A stretch of DNA of 64,000 bases from Nanobdellati archaeon. Lineage in GTDB: Archaea > EX4484-52 > GLR71. A program made the position numbers and the translations under genes. Position 1 is the stretch's first letter, and each line of letters begins with the position of its first letter. Below the pieces are notes generated by a model. That model saw nothing but the letters and a program-made list of their open reading frames with translations, ran no database searches and was not told where the DNA came from. The stretch is taken from assembly GCA_019429125.1 (NCBI GenBank), contig JAHYJO010000003.1:208-64207 (forward strand). Reading direction: 5' to 3'. Shown piece by piece: positions 33,285 through 44,542 of the stretch.

Positions 33285-36107
33285 ATGCCAAATAAAAAAG
33301 ACTACATCTATGTCAAGGGTGCAAGAGAACACAACCTAAAAAATATAGACATAAAAATCCCACGAGACAGCCTCACAGTCATAACCGGCCTTTCAGGCTC
33401 AGGAAAGTCATCACTGGCATTTGACACCATCTACGCCGAAGGCCAGAGACGTTACGTTGAATCACTTTCAGCTTATGCTAGACAATTTCTAGGACTCATG
33501 AACAAGCCAGACATAGATTCAATTGATGGTCTCTCTCCTGCAATATCAATTGAACAAAAGACAACAAGCAAGAACCCAAGATCAACTGTAGGCACAGTAA
33601 CAGAAATTTATGATTACTTAAGACTTCTTTATGCCAGGGTGGGACACCCACACTGCCCAGTCTGCGGTGATGAGATAAAGGCACAAACAATTGACGAAAT
33701 AGTATCAAAAGTAATAAAACACAAGATAGGCACAAAGATACAAATCCTCTCACCAATCATAAGACAAAGAAAAGGCGAGTACAATAAACTTGTTGAAGAA
33801 TACCGAAAGAAAGGATTCACAAAGATACGAATTGACGGAAAAGTGCAAGATACAGACGAAGATTTCAGGCTTGACAAGCAGATAAAACACAATCTAGAAC
33901 TCATAGTTGACAGAGTGGTCATGGACGAAAAAATAAAATCGAGGCTGACAGAGGCAATTGAGACCGCGCTAAAAGAAGCAGACGGTCTATTGATAATTGA
34001 TGCAGACGGCAAAGAAAAAATTTACAGCCAAAAATTTGCATGCCCAAAATGTGACATAAACCTACCCGAATTTACACCAAGGATGTTTTCTTTCAACAGC
34101 CCTTTCGGTGCATGCCCAGTATGTCAAGGCCTAGGCACAAAATTAGAGATTGACCCTGAACTTGTAATACCAGACCGTACAAAGACAATAAGAGGTGGCG
34201 CAATAGCACCCTGGGGTTATCAATTCAAAAGTTTCTACATGACACGTCTTGCGTCAGTCGCTAACCATTACGGTTTTGACATGGACACACCAATTGAAAA
34301 CCTAAAAGACAAACATATAAACATAATCCTTTACGGCTCAAGCGGTGAAAAGATAAAGACCGTTTACGAACACAAACATTCAGAAGGTCACTGGGAGACA
34401 AAGACAGATTTTGAAGGCGTGATAAACAACCTGAAACGATTGTATTCCCAGACAACATCTGAACACAGAAAAAAAGATATACACAAATACATGCGCGAAG
34501 ACTTCTGCACGGATTGCAACGGTAAAAGACTAAAAAAAGAAGTCCTTGCAGTAACTGTAGACAAGAAATCAATAATAGACATAACAGATATGTCAATACA
34601 ACAATGCCTTGACTTTTTCAACAACATAACTTTAACCAAAACAGACGCTATGATAGCAAAACTCATACTTAAAGAAGTGAAAGACCGATTGCAGTTCCTC
34701 TGTAATGTCGGTCTTGACTACCTTAACCTTTCAAGAGCAAGCGGAACCTTATCTGGAGGCGAATCACAGCGGATACGCCTTGCAACACAAATTGGTTCAA
34801 ATCTTGTCGGCGTGATGTACATCCTTGACGAGCCAAGCATAGGCCTTCACCAAAGAGACAATATAAGACTCATAGACACACTCAAACGATTAAGAGACTT
34901 AGGCAACACATTAATTGTTGTTGAGCACGACCAGGAAATGATGGAATCTGCAGACCACATAATAGACATGGGTCCCGGAGCTGGCACACACGGTGGAACA
35001 ATAGTTGCCGAAGGCACATACAAAGACATAATTAACAACAAAAATTCAAACACAGGCCTGTATCTTTCAGGAAAAAAGAAAATAGACATACCAGAAATGA
35101 GAAGACAAAAAAACGAAAAATCACTAAAAATAATTGGCGCAAGCGAAAACAACCTAAAAAATATTGATATAGAAATACCATTAAACATCCTAACTTGTGT
35201 AACTGGAGTCTCAGGCTCAGGTAAATCAACTCTAATTAATTCAATACTTTATAACGCACTTATGCGCCACGTCTACAATTCAACAACACACCCAGGAAAA
35301 CACAAGACAATAGAAGGACTAGAACATATTGATAAGATAATCGCAATAGACCAGTCACCTATAGGCCGCACACCAAGATCAAACCCCGCAACTTACACAA
35401 AATTATTCGGTGACATACGCGACATTTTTGCCATGACAAAAGACGCAAAAAAAAGAGGATATAAAGCAGGTCGATTCAGTTTCAATGTTGCCCAAGGTAG
35501 GTGTAGTGCCTGTGACGGTGACGGTGTCATAAAGATTGAGATGCATTTCTTGCCAGACATTTATGTACCTTGCGAAGTCTGTAACGGAAAGAGATATTCA
35601 AGCGAGACTTTAGAAATCAAATACAAAGACAAAACAATTGCAGATGTTTTAGACATGACAGTTGAGGAAGCGCTCACATTCTTTGACAAGATACCAAGAA
35701 TCAAAAAGAAACTTGAGACATTAAACAATGTCGGATTGGGCTACATAAAACTGGGTCAGTCATCAACCACATTGTCAGGCGGTGAAGCGCAAAGAATAAA
35801 ATTATCATCCGAACTTTCAAAGAGGGGGACAGGCAAGACTGTATATATTCTTGACGAGCCTACGACCGGACTTCATTTTGATGACATAAATAAACTATTA
35901 TTAGTACTGAACAGGTTAGTTGATCAAAAAAACACAGTAATTGTCATCGAGCACAACTTAGATGTCATAAAGACCGCCGACCACATAATCGATCTAGGTC
36001 TGGAAGGCGGTGATAAAGGTGGTAATATAATTGCAGAAGGCACACCTGAAGCAGTTGCAGAGATAAAAGAGTCATATACTGGACAGTTCTTGAAGAAAGT
36101 TTTGTGA
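33285..36107 (+). CDS. uvrA: Excinuclease ABC subunit A
   Basis: Two ABC modules ([14 protein letters not shown]; [12 protein letters not shown]), LSGGE signatures and Zn modules (CPVCGD, CPKC...[14 protein letters not shown]...CEVCNG). Confidence 0.97.
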   Translation: MPNKKDYIYVKGAREHNLKNIDIKIPRDSLTVITGLSGSGKSSLAFDTIYAEGQRRYVESLSAYARQFLGLMNKPDIDSIDGLSPAISIEQKTTSKNPRSTVGTVTEIYDYLRLLYARVGHPHCPVCGDEIKAQTIDEIVSKVIKHKIGTKIQILSPIIRQRKGEYNKLVEEYRKKGFTKIRIDGKVQDTDEDFRLDKQIKHNLELIVDRVVMDEKIKSRLTEAIETALKEADGLLIIDADGKEKIYSQKFACPKCDINLPEFTPRMFSFNSPFGACPVCQGLGTKLEIDPELVIPDRTKTIRGGAIAPWGYQFKSFYMTRLASVANHYGFDMDTPIENLKDKHINIILYGSSGEKIKTVYEHKHSEGHWETKTDFEGVINNLKRLYSQTTSEHRKKDIHKYMREDFCTDCNGKRLKKEVLAVTVDKKSIIDITDMSIQQCLDFFNNITLTKTDAMIAKLILKEVKDRLQFLCNVGLDYLNLSRASGTLSGGESQRIRLATQIGSNLVGVMYILDEPSIGLHQRDNIRLIDTLKRLRDLGNTLIVVEHDQEMMESADHIIDMGPGAGTHGGTIVAEGTYKDIINNKNSNTGLYLSGKKKIDIPEMRRQKNEKSLKIIGASENNLKNIDIEIPLNILTCVTGVSGSGKSTLINSILYNALMRHVYNSTTHPGKHKTIEGLEHIDKIIAIDQSPIGRTPRSNPATYTKLFGDIRDIFAMTKDAKKRGYKAGRFSFNVAQGRCSACDGDGVIKIEMHFLPDIYVPCEVCNGKRYSSETLEIKYKDKTIADVLDMTVEEALTFFDKIPRIKKKLETLNNVGLGYIKLGQSSTTLSGGEAQRIKLSSELSKRGTGKTVYILDEPTTGLHFDDINKLLLVLNRLVDQKNTVIVIEHNLDVIKTADHIIDLGLEGGDKGGNIIAEGTPEAVAEIKESYTGQFLKKVL

Positions 36108-37037
36108 TTAAGATTTCCTAACACTATCCCAGTTAATCTGTGGTACAGGAAACACCAAATCCTCCTCAATCCGTGGGCACGCAGTATTGACAAGTACATC
36201 AAGTTTCATGCCAAGAATCTTCTCAGGTGACACAAAGTTCATAGAAATAATATAAGCCCTTTTTCCCATATTTTCAATCTCAGATTTGATATCAAACACC
36301 TGCTTGTTCATCTGTCCAGTCTTGGTGGTGACCAAAATCCCGACTTTGTCAGCCTCGTTAAACTTAATCTTTTTCATTTCCTGCCGCACAAGATATTTCT
36401 GGTATTCACCATTAATTGAAAAAATAGTTTTCTTTTCAACATCAAGGCAGAACACCTGTTTATCGGTTGCGCGTGCAATACCAAGTGGATGAAAAAGTCC
36501 AGAACCCACATAAAGGAATGCATCCACAACCCCTTCAACATCTTTTGCAGCTGACTGATCGCACCCCAGAATTTGCCCGGGATAAGTCGCAAGTTTAGGT
36601 TTACCAATAAAGGTCTTGATATCATTTTTGTCAAGAATATCCTTTAAAGCAGGAAGATAGTCAAGATACTGCACCGTTGTCACAAGCCCAATCTTGCCGA
36701 TACCAGACAGTTTAGAAACATTTTCAGATAAAATAGGTGACGGGTCAAGAGATGACCTATATTCAACATAAACCACAGGAATCTCCGTCGTTTTAATATA
36801 AGGAGAATGCGCAAAATGCACAATCAAGTCACAGCCAAGCATTTTCATGTCATGGTCAGGGACGTCACATGCGCCAAAGCAAGGATCAGCAATGATAAGC
36901 GTTGTAACACCGAGAGCTTCAATCGTATCTGAAATCTCAAGCGCACTCATCTTCAGTCCTTCAGGTATCTGGATTGCGACCTTTTTGGCATTATGCTTTG
37001 ATATTGCCTTTTCAATTATACTTACATCAATATCCAT
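36108..37037 (-). CDS. dph2: Diphthamide synthesis protein Dph2
   Basis: KVAIQIPEGLK...IIADPCFGACDV...GCDLIVHFAHS. The ATG at 37037 (MDIDVS) is chosen. The stop codon abuts the uvrA stop. Confidence 0.88.
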   Translation of the reverse strand: MDIDVSIIEKAISKHNAKKVAIQIPEGLKMSALEISDTIEALGVTTLIIADPCFGACDVPDHDMKMLGCDLIVHFAHSPYIKTTEIPVVYVEYRSSLDPSPILSENVSKLSGIGKIGLVTTVQYLDYLPALKDILDKNDIKTFIGKPKLATYPGQILGCDQSAAKDVEGVVDAFLYVGSGLFHPLGIARATDKQVFCLDVEKKTIFSINGEYQKYLVRQEMKKIKFNEADKVGILVTTKTGQMNKQVFDIKSEIENMGKRAYIISMNFVSPEKILGMKLDVLVNTACPRIEEDLVFPVPQINWDSVRKS

Positions 37038-37176
37038 ACACTTATCTGTAAAAAATATCTTTTTAAATCTAAGACAATATAGACAATAATTATAGACTAT
37101 ATTAATATTGATATTAAGTAAAAATTTAACAATCACATAAAATATATTTATAAATTACAGACAATATTATCAATTC

Positions 37177-37992
37177 CTAAGGTGCCATCGTCTTACTCTC
37201 ATCATTAATTATATGCTTCAATATATTGTTGCGGTATTTTAGAGGAGATTCTCTTTCTTTTGCAAGTTCAAGGTATCTATTCATAACTTCACTTAAGGGC
37301 GGTGTTGACAAGCCTTTAAGCTCAGTAAATATCAATGGATTTTTTATTGCCGCCCTACTAATCATCACACCACTGCAATCTTTCAACCTTTCAACATCTT
37401 CTTTGGTTGCAATATCACCATTTGCAATAATATTTTTACCAGTTGCAACACAATCTTTAAAAACGCTCAAGTCAGCTTTGTCCTTATACGTCTGACCACC
37501 GTGCCGCGCGTGAACAACAAAGAAATCAGCATCAACACCATTTATCAAATTAAGATACACTTTCTTTTCCTTTTCGTGCTGGTTCAATCCTAAACGCATC
37601 TTTATACTTGCACTATATCCATGGTCATTGATTATATCAACAAACCGTTTCATTTTAGACACTCTTTTTATCATTGCGCACCCAAGACCCTTTGAGACAA
37701 AAGTAGGATCAGGACAGCCAAGATTTAAGTTAAACCCTTTGAAACCTTTTTCAGGTAAAAAATATGAAAGGAATGATTTTAACGCTTCTTCTCTTTGACC
37801 TATAAGTTGTATTGCGCAAGGAGTATCATCAAAAAACTTTATTTTCTCAAGCGCAAATACATTTTTTGTTACCAGTGCCTCTATGCTAACTTTTTCAGTG
37901 AACGTCAAATCTGCACTCGCACATATTGTCCTAAAACAAGAATCAGTCATAGCTTCAATTGGCGCAAGCATATATGAGAATTTATTGTTCAT
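37177..37992 (-). CDS. tRNA-dihydrouridine synthase (Dus family)
   Basis: MLAPIEAMTDSCFR, NLNLGCP, IKMRLG, VHARHGGQ, ANGDI, GVMISRAAI. Confidence 0.85.
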   Translation of the reverse strand: MNNKFSYMLAPIEAMTDSCFRTICASADLTFTEKVSIEALVTKNVFALEKIKFFDDTPCAIQLIGQREEALKSFLSYFLPEKGFKGFNLNLGCPDPTFVSKGLGCAMIKRVSKMKRFVDIINDHGYSASIKMRLGLNQHEKEKKVYLNLINGVDADFFVVHARHGGQTYKDKADLSVFKDCVATGKNIIANGDIATKEDVERLKDCSGVMISRAAIKNPLIFTELKGLSTPPLSEVMNRYLELAKERESPLKYRNNILKHIINDESKTMAP

Positions 37993-38064
37993 AAAATAAT
38001 AACTCTTTTTTAGTCTTTAAATAGGTTCACAAAACGATTAGATTTTATTAAAATTAGATTTTAT

Positions 38065-38320
38065 GTATTTGTTTAGCTAATTTTTGTTTGCTTAATTTTG
38101 ATTTTTTAAGAGATAACTACTATTTTTTGAAATAATTATATTTATACTTTTTTAAGTTGGGTGCAAGCTATCGATTTTATAAGAATAGGATTAAATAATT
38201 TTTAAGATTTTTTAACAACACATTTTTAAGCGTTAGTTATTGATTTTGTAACAATTATAACTTATTGAGAATCACACCATAACGGTCGGAGCATATTGAT
38301 TTTTTTTGCTAAACAAGTAC
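38065..38320 (+). mobile_element. MITE-B copy 3 (no target duplication)
   Basis: Near-identical to copy 1. The flanks gattttat and aaaaatta differ. Confidence 0.85.
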
Positions 38321-38488
38321 AAAAATTATAAAAAAAAGAGACATTTAGTCTTATTTTTATTTCAAAATGAGTCTATTTTAGTAAAAAATCAAGAAATTGT
38401 ATGATTTAATCAAGCAAAAATGCTCAATAATTGCCAACTGTCAAATAGGTTTTCAGAATGAAATAGACATTAAACTGTCAAACTTAGG
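38321..38488 (+). repeat. Repeat D, left copy
   Basis: It aligns by eye over ~168 nt at roughly 90% identity to the reverse complement of 43767..43933. Confidence 0.85.
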
Positions 38489-38587
38489 TTATAATTGTTT
38501 AACTTTATAAAATTATATATTTTATAACTACTCTAATGATACAAAAACAAACAAAAACATTTATAAAGATAAACACATTATTAATAT

Positions 38588-39241
38588 ATGATAATTATGA
38601 TTGGTGCAAAAGAAGACTATGTAATGAGTGTTGTTAAAGCAATCCTAAGTGTGGATGGTATTGGTGTAAAGATAGGTACTGAAAATATAAACTATCTCAC
38701 AGAGTTATATAGTCATGAAAGTCTTAATAGCGAAACAATAAAAGATATTTATGCTGAAGCAAAAGAAGACGGACCAAAATATGGCACATTGACTGAAGCA
38801 CTGGCAGATGTAGATCTTTTAGAAATTGATGCATTATATAGTACTGATTTCAATTATGATTCTTTTGTAGAAAGTATGCTTTCAACATATCAAGTAGGTA
38901 CAAAAAAAACAATTAAAGAATTAATAGAATTAGGTGACAGAGCACCTGGCGCATTTACTTTTGAAAATAATCTAGAGAACATATATCAAAATCTAGATGA
39001 TACAAGCGCATTCTCAAGCCTTTTAGAGGTCTATAATAACCATGGTCTTTTAGCAACTCCTGTACTTCCTGCAGAAATGAACACAGAAGTATCAGTGCCA
39101 GTTATACCAGAGAGGACACCAGACATTACAATGCAACCAACAATCTCTCAAGAATATGAGTATGATAAATTGATAGGTACTTTTGCGTTTGTCGCAATTA
39201 AATATAATATTTGGCCTGTAGAAACTGCAGAAGTCCAATAA
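38588..39241 (+). CDS. Hypothetical acidic protein
   Basis: ORF only. Confidence 0.5.
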   Translation: MIIMIGAKEDYVMSVVKAILSVDGIGVKIGTENINYLTELYSHESLNSETIKDIYAEAKEDGPKYGTLTEALADVDLLEIDALYSTDFNYDSFVESMLSTYQVGTKKTIKELIELGDRAPGAFTFENNLENIYQNLDDTSAFSSLLEVYNNHGLLATPVLPAEMNTEVSVPVIPERTPDITMQPTISQEYEYDKLIGTFAFVAIKYNIWPVETAEVQ

Positions 39242-39374
39242 ACTTTTAATTCATTTTTTATTTTTTTAACTATTGTTTTTTATCTTTTAATTTCTTATAT
39301 TTCCATTTTGGATTTAATAAAAGTTTCAAACCTTTCTTTTAATTTATAAATGTTAATTCAAAAATAATCTTCAT

Positions 39375-39448
39375 GCCCCAGTGGCTTAGCCCGGCATAGC
39401 GGTTGATTCGTAATCAACAGATCGAGGGTTCAACTCCCTCCTGGGGCT
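39375..39448 (+). tRNA. tRNA-Thr (anticodon CGT)
   Basis: Acceptor GCCCCAG/CTGGGGC, anticodon stem GTTGA/TCAAC, loop TTCGTAA, T arm GAGGG-TTCAACT-CCCTC, discriminator T. Confidence 0.9.
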
Positions 39449-39455
39449 TTTAACT

Positions 39456-40003
39456 TCAATTAAAAAAATCAGAAATATACTTGTTTGAAAACTTCTCACC
39501 GGGACAACTTATATCTATATAACGCACAGATCTGATTCCCAATACATGGTTCTCAATTTTATCATATACACCTTTCACTTCTTTTTCTACTCTCAAGACC
39601 GGCACCTCAACAGTAGGCAATAACGCCTGGAATTCCAATGTGCCATCCTCTTTTTTTCAATCCAAAGGTGTCCACAATCATAATTTTGTCGTGTTGGTGT
39701 GATAAGATTAACAGTATCATTTTGTAAATCCAATAATTGATTACTTAAATCCTCATGAGTATCTTCAATAATATGATAGATAAATCCTATTCTTGAACCC
39801 CTATCGGGTTTTATATAATCTATAACTTGTTTAAGGTCATCATTTGAGAATAAGTTATCATATGTATATCTGAAATTAATTATACTTTGGCAAATATACT
39901 GATCCTTTAAATTGTCTTGAACTTTCTCAACAGTTACAAGTCCTTGAGAATAACGTGGTTTTGAAAGTGAAGCCTCAATTACAGATACTATTTCATCATA
40001 CAC
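39456..40003 (-). pseudogene. Hypothetical gene with a frameshift in an A7 run
   Basis: ...GHLWIEKK then a frame change, then EDGTLEFQALLPTVEVPVLRVEKE... The track ORFs 39593..40003 and 39456..39638 join at the T7 run near 39651-39657. Confidence 0.5.
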
Positions 40004-40170
40004 ATTTTGAGGAATAAAAGAGCCATTGACATTATTATATTCTTCAAAAAGAAAAGTTTTTGGTGGTTTTATCAGATTAGTAAGTAATCCTATAATTTGA
40101 ATTTACATAGAATTTTATAAATTTATGTCAATCAAAACTAAGGTTATTGAAATAACCAAACATTACCACA

Positions 40171-41163
40171 TCACTCAAGATAAATATGCCCTTTTATCTT
40201 CTTATCCCAAATCCACGAGTCTTCAGTATTGGCCTCTCTTTTAAGCCGCAAGAAAATATCAACCTGTGCATCACAGTCATCTGCATGGTGAACTAGCACA
40301 GCTTCAGGCAGTTGCGGAACTTTAGGCGAGCCGTATTCTTTATGACCATTATGACTCAAGATAATATGCAACAATTTAAGTTTTAGAGTCTGCGGAAAAT
40401 CTTCAATTTCAGCAATCTTTCTTGCAACCATATCATGCCCGATAACCGTATGACCTATTAGCATGCCTTCGTGAGACACATCAATTAAAGTTCCTGAAAG
40501 TTCAAGCTCGCGCATCTTGCCTATGTCATGCAAGAATGCCCCACATACGACAAGGTCACGATCAAGTTCAGGATAAAGTCCGCAGACATTATCAGCAATC
40601 TTCATGACATTAAGTGTGTGCTCAAGAAGACCTCCTACATAATTCTGATGGTATTCCATGGCTGCAGGTGTCTTAGAAAAAAGGTCAACAAATGCCGTGT
40701 CTTCAATAAATAAATTAATAAGCCCAGATAAATCCTTATCTTTAACAGTTCCAAGAATTGCCATAACTTCAGACATCATAGAACCTGTATCTTTTGAAGT
40801 CGTTGCTACAAAGTCACCGATATCATATTCCTCCGCATTGCATACTCTCAAGGTATCAAGCGCACTATCGACAGATATAGAAAAGTTATTACTTCCTTTA
40901 GGATATTCCTGCACAATCCCTGAAATAGACACGACACATCCTTTTGAAATAGAATCATAGATGTCCATAGTCTTTTTTTCATCAGTTCCCCAGTATTTGA
41001 CAGACATTTCCCCCGTCTTGTCAGCAAGGCGCATTTCAAACCATTTACCTTGCTTATTGCTCTTGTAATCGACAGGTGGTTTCTTGAACTTAAGCGCAAA
41101 AAGACTGTCAACCTTTTTCCCATCAGAACTGATATCTGCAATAAATTGTGTTTTCATTTTCAT
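40171..41163 (-). CDS. OB-fold + HD-domain nuclease (YhaM-like 3'-5' exoribonuclease family)
   Basis: N-terminal OB-like region, then EHTLNV...FLHDIGK...GHTVIG...ILSHNG...HHADDCDA. Confidence 0.8.
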   Translation of the reverse strand: MKMKTQFIADISSDGKKVDSLFALKFKKPPVDYKSNKQGKWFEMRLADKTGEMSVKYWGTDEKKTMDIYDSISKGCVVSISGIVQEYPKGSNNFSISVDSALDTLRVCNAEEYDIGDFVATTSKDTGSMMSEVMAILGTVKDKDLSGLINLFIEDTAFVDLFSKTPAAMEYHQNYVGGLLEHTLNVMKIADNVCGLYPELDRDLVVCGAFLHDIGKMRELELSGTLIDVSHEGMLIGHTVIGHDMVARKIAEIEDFPQTLKLKLLHIILSHNGHKEYGSPKVPQLPEAVLVHHADDCDAQVDIFLRLKREANTEDSWIWDKKIKGHIYLE

Positions 41164-41243
41164 AAGAATAACTTGTATGGCAAAAAATATAAATAAACTT
41201 TTTGTTTGTTCATCAAAAATATTTTACAGTTTATCAATATTTT

Positions 41244-41499
41244 GTACTTGTTTAGCTAAATTTTGTCTTACTTGCTTACGATTTTTTTGATAGGGTCATT
41301 ATTTGTTGAAATATTTTTAAGTTATAATTTTCTACGTTACTTGCAGGCTATTGATTTTACAAAAAAGGGTAAATCTTTTTTAACAAAAATTAACTACACA
41401 TTTTCAAGCTGTAGCTATTGATTTTATAAAAAGTATAATGTATGTAAGTTACATCATAATAATCGTAGCATGCCGATTATTTTTTTGCTAAACAAGTAC
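41244..41499 (+). mobile_element. MITE-C copy 2 (no target duplication)
   Basis: Near-identical to 31786..32042. Confidence 0.85.
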
Positions 41500-41517
41500 A
41501 AATAAAGAAAAAAAGTC

Positions 41518-42063
41518 TTATTTAAGGACTTTTATGTCTTTTAATTCTTTTTCAAGCACTAAGATTGCGGTTTCCATGTGTTCTACTGATTTTGCACCTG
41601 TAATTACAATCTTTCCCGAGCTGAATATAAGAAATACTGTCTTTGGTGTATCTATCCTGTGAACCACACCTGGAAACTGTTCAGGTTCGTATTCACAGTT
41701 GTCAAGATTGAATATCACAGTGTTAAGCTCAATAGGTGAACCAAGGTCAGATGATGCAACTATGTTTACAACTTCAGTGTTTAATTTGTCGGATATCTCC
41801 ATACCTATTGCTCTGAAATTGACAAGCGCCGCCTTTACAGCCATTGTAGCCTGCTCAAGTGATTTTGTTCCTGAACAAATCATTTTTCCTGTGCTGAATA
41901 CCAAAACACTTGCTTTTGGTTCTGCGACCCGGTATACTAGACCTGGAAATGATTCTGGTGCGTATTCTGCGTCAGGCAGTTTTGCTGCAAGCTGCTCAAG
42001 TACGAATTTTGAGTGTGTGTCGCAGGATACAACACAGTTTGTGATTTTTGTATCTTTTGCCAT
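41518..42063 (-). CDS. tbp: TATA-box binding protein
   Basis: Two direct repeats: ...EYAPESFPGLVYRVAEPKASVLVFSTGKMICSG and ...EYEPEQFPGVVHRIDTPKTVFLIFSSGKIVITG. Confidence 0.96.
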   Translation of the reverse strand: MAKDTKITNCVVSCDTHSKFVLEQLAAKLPDAEYAPESFPGLVYRVAEPKASVLVFSTGKMICSGTKSLEQATMAVKAALVNFRAIGMEISDKLNTEVVNIVASSDLGSPIELNTVIFNLDNCEYEPEQFPGVVHRIDTPKTVFLIFSSGKIVITGAKSVEHMETAILVLEKELKDIKVLK

Positions 42064-42081
42064 AATTAAAAACCCCCTTTT

Positions 42082-42306
42082 TTACTGTATCTCGTTAATA
42101 TTGATAATCATGCTGCCTCTAAGTAACATAGTGCCAAGTTTAATTGTTGATTCCGAATTTATTTCTTCTGCATCTTCTAAGTGTATGTTAAGATTCAAGT
42201 CATATGCTTTCATTGTACCTGTTATCTTACTTGTATTCTTAAGAAGAATCTCAATTTTCTTGTTCTGAAAGTTGTCCAGTTTGTTTAAAGGTCTAAAGTC
42301 GTTCAT
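42082..42306 (-). CDS. Sm-like (LSm) archaeal protein
   Basis: Sm1/Sm2-like pattern: ...IEILLKNTSKITGTMKAYDLNLNIHLEDAEE...LGTMLLRGSMI. Confidence 0.85.
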   Translation of the reverse strand: MNDFRPLNKLDNFQNKKIEILLKNTSKITGTMKAYDLNLNIHLEDAEEINSESTIKLGTMLLRGSMIININEIQ

Positions 42307-42496
42307 AATTTATCGCCTTGTTATTTATTTGGTTATAAATATATTTGTTATTTGTTTATAAATAGTTTATAAATCCTTTATAAATAAAACTTTATAAAGA
42401 GTTACCATTTTTTGTGTTTTTTTATGTATCGGATACAATAACTCTTTTAAAGGTTTCACTTCTAATATCTTATATTCTAATTAAGATGATGTTTTT

Positions 42497-43723
42497 ATGG
42501 TACAAAATGAATCCCATTTAATTCCTGAAGTTAATATCGGTATTGTAGGTCATGTAGATCATGGTAAGACAACACTTACAAGCGCACTTACTGGCAAGTT
42601 TACAGATGATCATTCTGAAGAACTTAAAAGGGGTATAACAATACGTCTTGGTTATGCTGATGTAACTATAAGGAAATGCCCTAAATGCGAAGCTAATCTG
42701 TCTTATTCATCTTTTGATAAATGTTTCTTCTGTAGTTCAGATACAGAGGTATTAAGGACTGTATCTTTTGTTGATGTTCCAGGACATGAGACTCTTATAG
42801 CTACTGTTCTTACAGGTTCAGCCCTCATGGATGGTGCTATACTTTTGGTTGCTGCAAATGAAAAGTGTCCCCAGCCACAGACTGCTGAGCATCTTGAGGC
42901 ATTGAATATTGCAGGAATTAAAAAGATAATAATTATACAGAACAAGATTGATCTTGTAACTAAAGAAGAAGCACTTGAAAATTATAAGTCTATAAAGGAA
43001 TTTGTTAAAGGCAGTGTTGCTGAAGATGCACCTATAATACCTGTATCGGCTATCCATAGGGCAAACATAGGTATGATATTTAAGGCAATTCAGGATGTCA
43101 TCATAACTCCAAAACGAGATGATACAAAAACTCCTATAATGTATATTGCAAGAAGTTTTGATATTAATAGGCCCGGTACTGGTGTTCAGGAACTTTTAGG
43201 TGGGGTCATTGGTGGTGGCCTTATTGAAGGTGTCATTAATGTCGGTGATGAAATTGAAATATCTCCTGGTATCAGTGAAAAAAACAGATGGAGTTCTGTA
43301 AAGGCAAGAGTTGAATCTATAAATCAGGGTTCTGTCAGTGTAAAGACAGGTAGGCCTGGCGGACTTTTAGCTATAAGTACGTCTTTAGATCCTTACCTGA
43401 CAAAATCAGATAATCTCGCAAGTATGATTGCAGGAGCACCGGGTACTCTTCCTGCTCTGAAAGATGACATCATGGTGGAGGTCAATCTCTTAAAAAATAA
43501 TGTTTCTGGCGAAGATAAATCTGATATCAATCTTATGTTAAATGATGTTGTTCTTATGAATGCAGGCACACAAAAAACAATAGGTGTCTGTGTGGCTCCT
43601 GGTAACGTTGCAAAGTTTAATCTGAAAAGACCATTGTGCATTGAAGCAGGTCAAAAGATAGTCATGTCAAAACAGATAAATGCAAGATGGCGTCTTATCG
43701 GTTGGGGTAGCTTGAAAAAGTGA
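42497..43723 (+). CDS. eif2g: Translation initiation factor aIF2 gamma subunit
   Basis: NIGIVGHVDHGKTTL, Zn knuckle CPKC...CFFC, VDVPGHE, QNKIDL, C-terminal RWRLIGWG. Confidence 0.96.
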   Translation: MVQNESHLIPEVNIGIVGHVDHGKTTLTSALTGKFTDDHSEELKRGITIRLGYADVTIRKCPKCEANLSYSSFDKCFFCSSDTEVLRTVSFVDVPGHETLIATVLTGSALMDGAILLVAANEKCPQPQTAEHLEALNIAGIKKIIIIQNKIDLVTKEEALENYKSIKEFVKGSVAEDAPIIPVSAIHRANIGMIFKAIQDVIITPKRDDTKTPIMYIARSFDINRPGTGVQELLGGVIGGGLIEGVINVGDEIEISPGISEKNRWSSVKARVESINQGSVSVKTGRPGGLLAISTSLDPYLTKSDNLASMIAGAPGTLPALKDDIMVEVNLLKNNVSGEDKSDINLMLNDVVLMNAGTQKTIGVCVAPGNVAKFNLKRPLCIEAGQKIVMSKQINARWRLIGWGSLKK

Positions 43724-43766
43724 TTTAAATTTAATAAATTAAAAAATATCAAAAAAACATTTATAT

Positions 43767-43933
43767 CCTAAATTTGACAGTTTAAGCACTATTTCATTCT
43801 GAAAACCTATTTGATAGTTGGTAATTATTGAGCATTTTTGCTTGATTTAATTATACAATTTCTTGATTTTTTATCAAAATAGACTCCTTTTTGAATAAAA
43901 ATAAGACTAAATGTGTCTTTTTTTATAATTTTT
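43767..43933 (-). repeat. Repeat D, right copy (inverted)
   Basis: See 38321..38488. Confidence 0.85.
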
Positions 43934-44245
43934 CTAAATTTTAGCCCAACTGTCAAATTCATTTGGCTAATTTTGGTGAATTTTCTTAATTTTTATTCTA
44001 TATTAAATCTGAATTTCAATATAGATCAAACCATATAATATATTTTGTTTTTGGTATATAAATTGTCAAATTGAGTATTGAAAAATAGGTGAAAAAACAT
44101 AAAAAACACTATATTGAACCATACTAATGTTTGTCAAAATCAAGTATTAAAAAAACGATAAAAAACAAAAAGGTCTGAAATGTTAAACTTTGGATAAAAA
44201 AATAAAAGATATAACCTACAAATGTAGATTGTCAAAACTAAAAGA
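43934..44245 (+). repeat. Degenerate TGTCAAA-containing repeats in the spacer between convergent genes
   Basis: TGTCAAA occurs at 43951, 44064, 44132 and 44230. The units at 44064 and 44132 align over ~45 nt. Confidence 0.6.
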
Positions 44246-44542
44246 TTATTTCTTAACTTCAAATGTTCCGTTCTTTGGAATGTTTAATTGGAACTTGTTT
44301 TGCCATTCAGTGACATATGCGCCAGTGATTGTGACTACATCGCCTTCTTTTGCTTTTGCTATATCATCTTCCCAAAGGCTGAAGTTTATTTCACCAGTAT
44401 CGTCTTCTACGATAAAAGTACATACCTTTCGAGTTCCAAACCTTGTATTGACGGTTCTTTCTTCGCCTTTCTCTTTGATTGTTCCTTCTATAGAAACATC
44501 GCTTGTACCTACATTCAATTCATTTATTTTAATGTATATCAC
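44246..44542 (-). CDS. Single OB-fold nucleic-acid-binding protein (SSB/RPA-like)
   Basis: ...VSIEGTIKEKGEERTVNTRFGTRKVCTFIVEDDTGEINFSLWEDD...GDVVTITGAYVTEWQNKFQLNI. Confidence 0.75.
   Translation of the reverse strand: MIYIKINELNVGTSDVSIEGTIKEKGEERTVNTRFGTRKVCTFIVEDDTGEINFSLWEDDIAKAKEGDVVTITGAYVTEWQNKFQLNIPKNGTFEVKK

Noticed and set aside
43724-44245. Replication origin (ORB-type repeats).
   Set aside because: The TGTCAAA boxes do not resemble the ORB or mini-ORB consensus I know. No orc1/cdc6 gene is adjacent, and I cannot compute skew. This is kept only as one speculative option in the corresponding finding.
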